A stretch of 64,000 nt of DNA from Desulfurivibrionaceae bacterium (GTDB lineage Bacteria > Desulfobacterota > Desulfobulbia > Desulfobulbales > SURF-16), in NCBI GenBank assembly GCA_031581485.1, contig JAVLBA010000002.1, forward strand, positions 4,226 through 68,225. The letters are read 5' to 3'. The stretch's first letter is position 1, and every line of letters begins with the position of its first letter. Below the pieces are notes generated by a model that searched no databases, was not told where the DNA came from, and saw nothing but the letters and a program-made list of their open reading frames with translations. A program made the position numbers and the translations under genes. This document shows, one piece after another, positions 37,798 through 46,249 of this stretch.

Positions 37798-38514
37798 TTA
37801 TTCTTCTTCTTCCGGCTTATTGTACATCATGCGCTGACAGGTAGGACAGCTATGGAGCTGGTCGCCGCGCAGCACCTCATTATATTGCTGGGCCGGGATA
37901 TTCATATAACAGCCCTGGCACACCCCATTGGTAACCCCGACAATGGCCATACCGTTGCGACGATCCCTGAGCTGCTCATAGCGCTTATATATGGCAGGGG
38001 ACACCTTGTTGGCCTTTTCAGAACGGGCCTTGTCGATTTCCTTCTTCTGCTTGTCCAGTTCCTTGGCCAGGGCCGCAACCTTGGCCTTCTCCGCCAACAG
38101 GAGCTTCTCTTCCTCATCAGAGGTGTTGTTGAGCAGCTCGATTTTGGCAACCATGGCCTCGCCGATTTCCGTATAGCGCAGAATCTCTTCTTCGCGCTGC
38201 TTGTTCGCCGCCTTGGTGCCTTCAATCTCCTTGAGCAGGGACTGATATTCACGATTGGTCTGGACATTCATCAGCTTGACCTGGCGATCCTTGAAACGGA
38301 TGGTCTCCTCCTCCAGCTCCTGCTCAACATCCTTCTTTTCTTTTTCCACCACCTCCAGGCGTTCAGCAAGATCAGCGGCCTCTTCCCGCCGGGCATCAAT
38401 AGCGGTCTGCCGTTGGTCCAGATCTCCGTATCCCTTGGCTATTTCTTCATCAAGCCTACGGATCCGCAGGTCAATATCCTGCAATTCAAGCAGTTTTCCT
38501 AACTCTTTCTTCAC
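37798..38514 (-). CDS. COG1579-type coiled-coil protein with C-terminal C4 zinc ribbon
   Basis: LLELQDIDLRIRRL, a long heptad-rich region, then GVCQGCYMNIP...HSCPTCQRMMY. Confidence 0.8.
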   Translation of the reverse strand: MKKELGKLLELQDIDLRIRRLDEEIAKGYGDLDQRQTAIDARREEAADLAERLEVVEKEKKDVEQELEEETIRFKDRQVKLMNVQTNREYQSLLKEIEGTKAANKQREEEILRYTEIGEAMVAKIELLNNTSDEEEKLLLAEKAKVAALAKELDKQKKEIDKARSEKANKVSPAIYKRYEQLRDRRNGMAIVGVTNGVCQGCYMNIPAQQYNEVLRGDQLHSCPTCQRMMYNKPEEEE

Positions 38515-38577
38515 TATACTTTCCTCACTGGTAAAGGCCGCGCATTGGGCACTCTTATTAGTATCATTTATAAAGGT

Positions 38578-39393
38578 CTACACATCGTCATTCTTAAAAC
38601 AGCGTAACGGCCGGCGTTGCAGCGACGTTGCCTTGACAGGCACCGCCTCACCGCAGAAGGCCGCAATCTTTTCCCGGAACAGGGGCACCACCACCTGCTC
38701 AGTGGCATAATGGCCGCAATCAATGAGGCAAAATCCCGCGTCCTCAGCCCAGCGGGCCTGGCTATGTTTCACCTCAGAGGTAATTAAAAGCTGGGCTCCC
38801 CCCTCCTGGGCCAGGGGCCCCAACTCACCGCAACTGCCGCCGCAGACCGCCACCCGGGTAATTTCTGCCGGCACAACACCCGCCACCAGAATATCGGGCT
38901 GCTCCAAGGAAGCCTGGAGGTGATGGAGAAAACGGGGGGCGGTCATGGCCTTGGGCAAGGTCCCGATTCTGCCCAAACCGCAGCTGCTGCCGCCCTGGTG
39001 GGCAACCAAGGGTTGGGTTGCCAGCAAGCCGATCCGGGCAGCCAAAGCATCATTGACACCGCCCGAGACCAGGTCAAGATTGGTATGGCAGGCGATAATC
39101 TGCAGATCATCAAGAAGGGCCTGGCGCAGGAGACGGCCCTGCACCGTATTGGTGAGAATCTGTTTGAGGGGCTGAAAGAGAAGAGGATGATGGCTGATAA
39201 CGGTGTTACAGCCGGAGGCCTTGGCCTCGGCAAAGACTTGGAGAGTAGGATCAAGGGAAACAAGGATGCCGCTGACCGGGGCAGTGGTCCGGCCCACCAT
39301 AAGGCCGACATTATCCCAGCTTTCTGCCAGGGAAAAGGGAGCATACTCATCCAGAAATTCAAGAAGAGCAGTGACGGTAAGGCTTTCAGCCAT
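38578..39393 (-). CDS. Nif3-like dinuclear-metal-centre protein (YbgI family)
   Basis: FAPFSLAESWDNVGLMVG....ISHHPLLF....CHTNLD...GHYATE motifs. The start is taken at MAESL, because the longer track ORF runs through a terminator. Confidence 0.85.
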   Translation of the reverse strand: MAESLTVTALLEFLDEYAPFSLAESWDNVGLMVGRTTAPVSGILVSLDPTLQVFAEAKASGCNTVISHHPLLFQPLKQILTNTVQGRLLRQALLDDLQIIACHTNLDLVSGGVNDALAARIGLLATQPLVAHQGGSSCGLGRIGTLPKAMTAPRFLHHLQASLEQPDILVAGVVPAEITRVAVCGGSCGELGPLAQEGGAQLLITSEVKHSQARWAEDAGFCLIDCGHYATEQVVVPLFREKIAAFCGEAVPVKATSLQRRPLRCFKNDDV

Positions 39394-39413
39394 GCTGCCC
39401 CCCAGGGGCCCAT

Positions 39414-39445
39414 AAAAAAAGGTGCAACCCCTGAGAGATTGCACC
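39414..39445 (-). terminator. Rho-independent terminator downstream of tRNA(CAU)
   Basis: The minus strand reads GGTGCAA-tctctcagggg-TTGCACC followed by T7. Confidence 0.7.
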
Positions 39446-39563
39446 TTTAGTCGCACCCCGACCAAGAAACCCGCGTCGGATATTTTCTATTTCAAACCAG
39501 ATAATTAGGGATATTGCCCAAGCTGCCAATTACTTTCCCGCAAGTCGATTTCGTGTAAAAATG

Positions 39564-39640
39564 TGGTGGGCCCACCTGGACTCGAACCAGGGACCTACCG
39601 GTTATGAGCCGGTGGCTCTAGCCAACTGAGCTATAGGCCC
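39564..39640 (-). tRNA. tRNA with CAU anticodon (elongator Met, or Ile2 if lysidine-modified)
   Basis: 77-nt cloverleaf: acceptor GGGCCUA/UGGGCCC, anticodon stem ACCGG/CCGGU, loop CUCAUAA, T-arm CCUGG-UUCGAGU-CCAGG, encoded CCA. It is not initiator-like, since 1:72 is paired. Confidence 0.95.
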
Positions 39641-39744
39641 ATAAAACGTTTCAAAAAGCCAAAATATTATAGCACTTTAATTACATTTGTCAACCATGAT
39701 ATTCAGCCATCTCGCGGCCACAGCAGGCAGGTCCCTGTTTTTTT

Positions 39745-40407
39745 TCAGGAAGCTTCCGGGCAGACCGCGGCCTTGAAGGAATCAAAGCCAATACGGTCGA
39801 TAAAGCGGCCCAACCGCTCTGACTTCTTGCCGTTTTTCTTGAAATAGTGCAGGATCTTTTCCGCAAGATCCAGAGATTCTGCCTGACTCAGCCCCTGGCA
39901 AAGCTCAACAGCAAGCTGAGGACGGGAAGCGGCATTACCGCCCACCAAGACAGTCCAGCCATCTTTTTTACCCACAAAACCCAGATCCTTAACCGGGGTC
40001 TCTGCACAGTTGTTCATGCACCCCGAAACACCCATTTTGCATTTATTAGGCAGGGCAAAGCCATGAAAGCGTTCATCAAGGGCCAAGCCGAGCCCCAGGG
40101 CGTCCTGCTTGCCCAGGCGGCAGACCGTGGTGCCGGGACAGGCCTTAATGGAACGCACGCAAAGACCCACCGCATGACCAACGCCGGGATTGAGCTCCTG
40201 CCAGGCCGGCTCAAGATCCTCTTCCTTGAACCCCACCATGGCAAGGCGGGCGGCACTGGTGATCTTCAGAATGGGCACTTTATACTTCTCAGCCACATCC
40301 GCCACATTGCGCAGATCGGCCGGAGTAATGAGACCCAGGGGAAAATGGGGAACAATGGCATAGGTGCCATCTTTCTGCTGTACAGCGCCTTTGTCGCCGT
40401 CTTTCAT
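39745..40407 (-). CDS. Small (about 24 kDa) siroheme/[4Fe-4S] assimilatory-type sulfite/nitrite reductase
   Basis: CPGTTVC (C-x5-C) and GCMNNC (C-x3-C) siroheme-cluster coupling motifs. 220 aa. Resembles the low-molecular-weight sulfite reductases described in Desulfovibrio. Confidence 0.8.
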   Translation of the reverse strand: MKDGDKGAVQQKDGTYAIVPHFPLGLITPADLRNVADVAEKYKVPILKITSAARLAMVGFKEEDLEPAWQELNPGVGHAVGLCVRSIKACPGTTVCRLGKQDALGLGLALDERFHGFALPNKCKMGVSGCMNNCAETPVKDLGFVGKKDGWTVLVGGNAASRPQLAVELCQGLSQAESLDLAEKILHYFKKNGKKSERLGRFIDRIGFDSFKAAVCPEAS

Positions 40408-40646
40408 AATAAACCTCCTCTTCTATTAAAATTTTCTATGCGGACCATCTTGAAATTGAATATACAGAAAATATATACTAAAAATCCGTAGCCTTTTCAA
40501 GACTATTAGTAACCATTCTCATCTGTGGCGTGCTGGAGATTTTCTCTTCCAGAGAGCAGACCCGCTCCGCCTCCCTGCCCGGCATGAAAAACCTATCCCC
40601 CTTTAGAGAGAAATAAAAAGGGCGCAATCCAATGAGGAGGGTTTCC

Positions 40647-41576
40647 ATGAACATCCATCCGGACATCACCACCACCATCGGCAACACCCCCCTTGTGGCC
40701 CTTAATCACCTGACCCGGGCTTGTCATGCCCGCATCGTGGCCAAACTGGAAAGTTTCAACCCCTGCGGCTCAGTCAAAGATCGCCTGGCCCTTACTCTCA
40801 TTGATACCGCACAAAGAGAGGGGCGCATCACGGCCCACACCACTATTATTGAACCCACTTCCGGCAATACCGGCATCGGCCTGGCCAGCGTGGCAGCAGC
40901 CCGCAGGCTCCGTCTCATCCTGACCATGCCGGAAACCATGAGCCAGGAGCGTCGCAAACTTCTGCAGCTCCTGGGTGCCGAACTGGTCCTCACCCCCGGC
41001 AGTGAGGGCATGAAAGGCGCTATTGCCAGGGCCAAGGAGCTTAGTGCGGAGATTCCCGACTCCTATATGCCCCTGCAGTTCGACAATCCTGCCAACCCCG
41101 CAATCCACCGCCGGACCACGGCAGAAGAGATCTGGCGGGATACAGAGGGGGCAGTGGACATTATTGTGGCCGGCATCGGCACCGGCGGGACCATCACCGG
41201 TATCGGCGAGGCCCTCCCCGGGCGCCGGGAAATGCAGGTCATCGGCGTGGAGCCGGCAGAATCCCCCGTCCTGGCCGGCGGCACACCCTCCCCCCACCGT
41301 ATCCAGGGTATCGGCGCCGGCTTCATTCCCGCCGTACTGAACCAGAACGTCATAGACGAGGTGATACAAGTGCCCTCAGAGGAGGCCGTGGAGCTGACCA
41401 TCAGACTCGCCCGGGAGGAAGGGATCCTGGCCGGCATCTCTTCCGGGGCCGCTCTGCATGCCGCCCTCACCGTGGCCGGCCGCGAGGAAAACCGCAACAA
41501 GCTCCTGGTGGTGATCTTTCCAGACACCGGTGAGCGCTATCTCTCCAACCTTAACCCCGGTCCCCTGCCCAGGTAA
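40647..41576 (+). CDS. cysK: Cysteine synthase A (O-acetylserine sulfhydrylase)
   Basis: [16 protein letters not shown] (PLP lysine) and GTGGTITG motifs. A GAGGAGGG RBS is present. Confidence 0.9.
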   Translation: MNIHPDITTTIGNTPLVALNHLTRACHARIVAKLESFNPCGSVKDRLALTLIDTAQREGRITAHTTIIEPTSGNTGIGLASVAAARRLRLILTMPETMSQERRKLLQLLGAELVLTPGSEGMKGAIARAKELSAEIPDSYMPLQFDNPANPAIHRRTTAEEIWRDTEGAVDIIVAGIGTGGTITGIGEALPGRREMQVIGVEPAESPVLAGGTPSPHRIQGIGAGFIPAVLNQNVIDEVIQVPSEEAVELTIRLAREEGILAGISSGAALHAALTVAGREENRNKLLVVIFPDTGERYLSNLNPGPLPR

Positions 41577-41950
41577 TCCTCCAAGCCAAAAGGCCCTCGG
41601 GGCCAGGCTTTTTCCAAAAGACCATAGTTTTACTTGCACACAAAATCATCCTTATTTATAGTTATATTTTTCGGGACCTTAACCATGGGCAGGAATTTTT
41701 TTTAAAAAATCTGCCCCTCCCCCAGGCCCGCTGCAGAAAAGGCGCGGGCCACGGCAAGAGAATATGCCGTGCAACAAATGGACCTATGACAAAAAAAACG
41801 GCCCAGAAAGCACCATGAGTGCTTTTTTGCGGGCCGCGAATGCGCCTGACAACAACCATCTTCCCGCTCCCCTTGAGGGTGTAGCGGTGGAACCTGCAGG
41901 CGTACTCTTTTTTTAACCCCCTGCTAAAACAAACAAGGAGATTTCACCAG

Positions 41951-43171
41951 ATGAAACTCGGATTAAACGGCCTCGGTCGTATCGGCAAACTATCCCTCTG
42001 GCACCATGTTGGTCGCAAACATTTCTCCGGCATTGTTGCCAACACCGGCCGTGAAATCGGTCAGAGCCTGGAAGATCTGGCCGCCTCCATTGAAAAAGAC
42101 AGCAGCTATGGCCGCCTCAGCACTTTTCTACATGGCTGGAAAGGAGGCAGGGTTATTGAGAACATCAATCACGCCGAAGGCACCATGACCGTCAACGGCA
42201 TGCCCGTCAAGATTCTGCGTGAATCCCGCAACCCCAAAGAGATCAAGTGGAAAGAAAATGACGTGCGCGTCGTGGTGGACACCACCGGCGTCTTCACTGA
42301 TCCCACCGCTGATGCCGACGCCCCTTCCGGAGCCTTCCGCGGCCACCTGGTGGGCGGTGCTGAAAAGGTTATTCTTTCCGCGCCCTTTAAAATAAAGGCC
42401 AAGGGTATGGAGATGCCCGATGACGCCGTCACCACGGTGATGGGCATCAATGGCGATGACTATATCCCCTCCCAGCACAACCTCATTTCAGCAGCCTCCT
42501 GCACCACCACCTGCCTCTCCTACATGTTGAAGCCGCTCCTGGACAATTTTGGCGCTGACAATTTCCTCTCCGCCTCCATGGTCACTGTCCATGCCGCAAC
42601 CGGCAGCCAGAAGGTCCTTGATTCCCTGCCCAAGACCGGCGACTCGGACCTGCGCAAAAACCGCTCCATCTTAAACAATATCATCCTCACCACCACCGGG
42701 GCGGCCAAGGCCCTGCGTCTGGTTATTCCGGAGATGAAGGATATCGGCTTTATCGCTGAGTCCGTCCGCATCCCCACCTCCACAGGCTCACTCATCGTCC
42801 TGGTTCTCAACCTGCAGGACACCCTGGAAGACCCCATTAACCGCGCCAAGATTAACGGGATTTACAGCCAGTTCAGCAAAACAAACCCCTATCTGATCTA
42901 TTCGGAAGAGCAGAACGTCTCTTCCGACATCATCGGCGTTCCAGCTGCTGCCACCATTATTGAGGGCACCGAGACCCACACCCGTACCGCTGCCATCCGG
43001 GTTAACATGGACCGCCTTGGCTGTGCCGGCAAAGGCAACAGCAACGACCCCAACTTCCTGACAGTGCCGGTGACCCAGGCCGTTATTTACGGCTGGTATG
43101 ACAATGAACTGGGGAGCTACACCAACATGCTGGCGGACCGGGTTGTTTCCATCGCCGATCAGCTGGTATAA
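41951..43171 (+). CDS. gap: Glyceraldehyde-3-phosphate dehydrogenase, divergent long form (406 aa)
   Basis: NGLGRIGK NAD motif; catalytic SCTTTC (canonical SCTTNC); TVHAATGSQ; TTTGAAKA; WYDNELGSY. It has several insertions relative to the usual length of about 335 aa. Confidence 0.8.
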   Translation: MKLGLNGLGRIGKLSLWHHVGRKHFSGIVANTGREIGQSLEDLAASIEKDSSYGRLSTFLHGWKGGRVIENINHAEGTMTVNGMPVKILRESRNPKEIKWKENDVRVVVDTTGVFTDPTADADAPSGAFRGHLVGGAEKVILSAPFKIKAKGMEMPDDAVTTVMGINGDDYIPSQHNLISAASCTTTCLSYMLKPLLDNFGADNFLSASMVTVHAATGSQKVLDSLPKTGDSDLRKNRSILNNIILTTTGAAKALRLVIPEMKDIGFIAESVRIPTSTGSLIVLVLNLQDTLEDPINRAKINGIYSQFSKTNPYLIYSEEQNVSSDIIGVPAAATIIEGTETHTRTAAIRVNMDRLGCAGKGNSNDPNFLTVPVTQAVIYGWYDNELGSYTNMLADRVVSIADQLV

Positions 43172-43391
43172 CCACGGGAGACCAGCCCGGGACACAAGAG
43201 GGGCTCTTAGCATAACCAAGCGATCCTCGCGTGTCCCGGCATGTCACACCAAAAGGGCGACGCCACGGATAGCCTGCTGGACATGGCCCCGGACAGGGGA
43301 CGGCAATGGCTCCGCCCTTGCTACCAGTAGGCTCCGTCTGCCCCCTCACCTCCTTAATGAGTATTCCCCCACAGCCGGCAAGGCATGGCCG

Positions 43392-43419
43392 GAGCCGTCA
43401 TATGGCGGCTCTTTTTTTT
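43392..43419 (+). terminator. Rho-independent terminator in the gap-pgk spacer
   Basis: GAGCCG-tcatatgg-CGGCTC followed by T8. Confidence 0.65.
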
Positions 43420-43559
43420 CTGCAGCCCACCCCTCTGGCCTTTAAAAAAGAGTACAACTCCTCCAGGGGGGATGCTATTATCTGGAGAGTGCGCAAAAAA
43501 TAGCGCCATCCACATGGCCTGCGGCCCGGCTCCCCCTTCTTTTCATCTGGAGAATTTCT

Positions 43560-44744
43560 GTGAAAAATATCCGCGACATTGACATCAAAGGCAAAAAGCT
43601 CCTCATCCGGGTTGACTTCAATGTCCCTCTGGATGACCAGGGCAATATCACCAATGACACCAGGATCAGCGGGGTCCTGCCCACCATCAACCACGCCCTG
43701 GATGAGCACGCCAAAATCATCATCATGTCCCACATGGGACGCCCCAAAGGCCAGCGTCAGGACAAATTGAGCCTGGCCCCTGCAGCCAAGCGCCTGGGCC
43801 GCTTGATCAACAAAGAGGTAAAACTGGCCCCGGACTGCATCGGCCCGGAGGTGGAGGAGATGGTTGCCGCCATGCAGCCAGGAGATGTTATCCTGCTGGA
43901 AAACCTGCGGTTCCACAGCGAAGAACAGGAAAACGACCCTGAATTTTCCAAAAAACTGGCCGGGCTGGCCGATATCTACATCAATGACGCCTTTGCCGTA
44001 GCCCATCGGGCCCATGCCTCGGTGGTGGGGGTCACCCACCATGTTGCAACCTGCGCTGCCGGCTTTCTGCTCCAGAAGGAAATGGATTATTTCCATCGCT
44101 CCGTTGCCGATCCCAAGCGGCCCCTGGTGGCCATTATCGGCGGCGCCAAGGTCTCAAGCAAACTCGGGGCCCTGCGTAATCTCATGGACCGGGTGGACAA
44201 AATGATTATCGGCGGCGCCATGGCCAACACCTTTCTCAAGGCCATGGGATATCAAGTGGGCAAATCCCTGGTGGAAGAAGAGCTACTGGAAACCGCCAAA
44301 GATCTGATCCGCAAGGCCCAGGAACAAAACGTCAAGTTCTACCTGCCGGTGGATTGCATTGTCGCCGACAAATTCGCCCCTGATGCCGAAACCAAGCGGA
44401 CCACCGCCCAGGAGGTGCCGGCCGGCTGGATCATCCTGGATATTGGTCCGGCCTCCACCACCCTTTTCAACGAGGCCCTGGACTCGGCAAAGACCATCAT
44501 CTGGAACGGCCCCATGGGTGCCTTTGAGATGGACGCCTTTTCCAGGGGCACCCTGGCCATGGTTTCCCATGTTGCCGCCTCTCACGCCCTGACCATTGTC
44601 GGGGGCGGCGATACCGACGTGGCCGTGCACAAGGCGGGCGAGACCAGCAACATCTCGTACATGTCCACCGGCGGCGGGGCCTTTCTCATGCTCATGGAGG
44701 GCAAGGATCTCCCCGGAGTTGTGGCCCTAAATAATAAAGAGTAA
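43560..44744 (+). CDS. pgk: Phosphoglycerate kinase (GTG start)
   Basis: [22 protein letters not shown] and GGGDT motifs. 394 aa. Confidence 0.95.
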   Translation: MKNIRDIDIKGKKLLIRVDFNVPLDDQGNITNDTRISGVLPTINHALDEHAKIIIMSHMGRPKGQRQDKLSLAPAAKRLGRLINKEVKLAPDCIGPEVEEMVAAMQPGDVILLENLRFHSEEQENDPEFSKKLAGLADIYINDAFAVAHRAHASVVGVTHHVATCAAGFLLQKEMDYFHRSVADPKRPLVAIIGGAKVSSKLGALRNLMDRVDKMIIGGAMANTFLKAMGYQVGKSLVEEELLETAKDLIRKAQEQNVKFYLPVDCIVADKFAPDAETKRTTAQEVPAGWIILDIGPASTTLFNEALDSAKTIIWNGPMGAFEMDAFSRGTLAMVSHVAASHALTIVGGGDTDVAVHKAGETSNISYMSTGGGAFLMLMEGKDLPGVVALNNKE

Positions 44745-44757
44745 GCGAGGAATGACC

Positions 44758-45516
44758 ATGGAAAGAACTCCCCTGCTGGCCGGCAACTGGAAGATGTCCA
44801 CCACCGTTGCCGAAGCCACAGAGCTGGCCCGCGCCATTGCCGCTGAACCCGTGCCCCCGGGCCGCCAGGTCATGGTGGCCCCCTCGGCCCCGGCCTTAAA
44901 TGCCGTGGGTGCGGTGCTGCGCGCCACCCCTATTGCCCTTTCCTCCCAGAATATCTGCTGGGAGGAAAGGGGGGCCTTCACCGGCGAGATTTCTCCGCTC
45001 ATGCTCAAAGAGGCCGGCGCCACCATGGCCATCATCGGCCATTCAGAACGGCGCCACCTTTTTGCCGAGAGCAATGCCTTGATCAACAAACGGCTTCGAG
45101 GCGCCCTCCATTTTGAGATCATTCCCCTTCTCTGCATTGGCGAAACAATGGCGGAGAGGGAGGATAACGCCACCGAAGAGGTCCTGGAAAAACAGCTGCG
45201 TCAGGGCCTGGCCGGGGTCACGCTCACCAGCGGCCACCAGATCATTATCGCCTATGAACCGGTATGGGCCATTGGCACCGGCAGGAGTGCCTCAGCAGCC
45301 CAGGCCCAGAAGGCCCATGCCTTCTGCCGTTCTCTTCTTGGTGATATTTTTGACAAAGGTATTGCCCAGCAAACAAGAATACTGTATGGTGGCTCGGTCA
45401 ATCCGGCTACTATTGCTGAAATCATGGCCCAGTCCGATATCGATGGCGCCCTGGTTGGCGGTGCCGCCCTCAAGGCGGATTCATTTCTGTCCATTATACA
45501 TTACAAAACGCTGTAG
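44758..45516 (+). CDS. tpiA: Triosephosphate isomerase
   Basis: LLAGNWKM, IIGHSERR, AYEPVWAIGTG and GGS.....A motifs. The ATG at 44758 has better RBS spacing than the one at 44752. Confidence 0.9.
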   Translation: MERTPLLAGNWKMSTTVAEATELARAIAAEPVPPGRQVMVAPSAPALNAVGAVLRATPIALSSQNICWEERGAFTGEISPLMLKEAGATMAIIGHSERRHLFAESNALINKRLRGALHFEIIPLLCIGETMAEREDNATEEVLEKQLRQGLAGVTLTSGHQIIIAYEPVWAIGTGRSASAAQAQKAHAFCRSLLGDIFDKGIAQQTRILYGGSVNPATIAEIMAQSDIDGALVGGAALKADSFLSIIHYKTL

Positions 45517-45522
45517 AATATT

Positions 45523-45882
45523 ATGACCACTTTTCTGATTACCCTCCACATTCTTGTCTGCCTGTTTCTCATCGGCATTGTTCTGCTTCAGCAGGGCAAG
45601 GGTGGCGGCATGGGCGCAGCCTTAGGCGGTGGCGGCTCCAATCAGTCGGTCTTTGGCGCTGACGGCCCCATGCCCATCTTAAGCAAGGTCACCACGGGCG
45701 CCGCAGTCATCTTCATGCTCACCAGTCTGGCCCTGGCCTATATCTCCTCCCATGACTCTTCGAGCTCCGTAATGAAAGAAATTTCCGTGCCAAAGCAAAA
45801 TGAAAGTGGTATAGAAAAAACTCTTGAGTCGGCCCCTGATGTCAGCCGCCAGAGTGAACAAGATGCACCGGTAAACGAATAA
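45523..45882 (+). CDS. secG: Preprotein translocase subunit SecG
   Basis: LHILVCLFLIGIVLLQQGKGGGMGAALGGG is a SecG signature. It is followed by tRNA-Leu, as in many bacteria. Confidence 0.85.
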   Translation: MTTFLITLHILVCLFLIGIVLLQQGKGGGMGAALGGGGSNQSVFGADGPMPILSKVTTGAAVIFMLTSLALAYISSHDSSSSVMKEISVPKQNESGIEKTLESAPDVSRQSEQDAPVNE

Positions 45883-45900
45883 CGATATATTAAATTTTGT

Positions 45901-45986
45901 GCCGAAGTGGTGGAATTGGTAGACACGCTATCTTGAGGGGGTAGTGGCCCACGGCCGTGCGAGTTCGATTCTCGCCTTCGGCACCA
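45901..45986 (+). tRNA. tRNA-Leu (GAG anticodon), class II with long variable arm
   Basis: Acceptor GCCGAAG/CUUCGGC, anticodon stem CUAUC/GGUAG, loop UUGAGGG, long variable arm, T-loop GUUCGAUUC, encoded CCA. Confidence 0.95.
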
Positions 45987-46000
45987 TTTTTTAATTGTTA

Positions 46001-46033
46001 AGCCCGCAACGTTTTTCGTTGCGGGCTTTTTTT
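46001..46033 (+). terminator. Rho-independent terminator after tRNA-Leu
   Basis: AGCCCGCAACG-ttttt-CGTTGCGGGCT (11-bp perfect stem) followed by T7. Confidence 0.85.
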
Positions 46034-46249
46034 ATGCATGCCCCCACAGAGCCTCATCACAAGGAGCGGATCTCAGCAGCCCTGACCTCCGGCGACAAGG
46101 GGAGGGTCCTTTTTTTCCGCCTTTTTCAGACAAAATCCTTGAAAAAAAAATGGTACCCTCTACAGTACTCAGAGGCATGTTGAGCCCTCTCCATTTTAAT
46201 TATCCCCCGCAGGTGGACAACTCCTCCCCTGACCAGAGGCGTATAAACC

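Noticed and set aside
39394-39465. An upstream extension of the Nif3 ORF.
   Set aside because: It would run through the intrinsic terminator that follows the tRNA (39414-39445). Family-typical N-terminal sequence begins at MAESL (39393).
40408-40646. A riboswitch (SAM or other) in the cysK leader.
   Set aside because: I could not find the conserved SAM-I/SAM-II core sequences or a terminator/antiterminator arrangement. The region is simply AT-rich promoter-like DNA.
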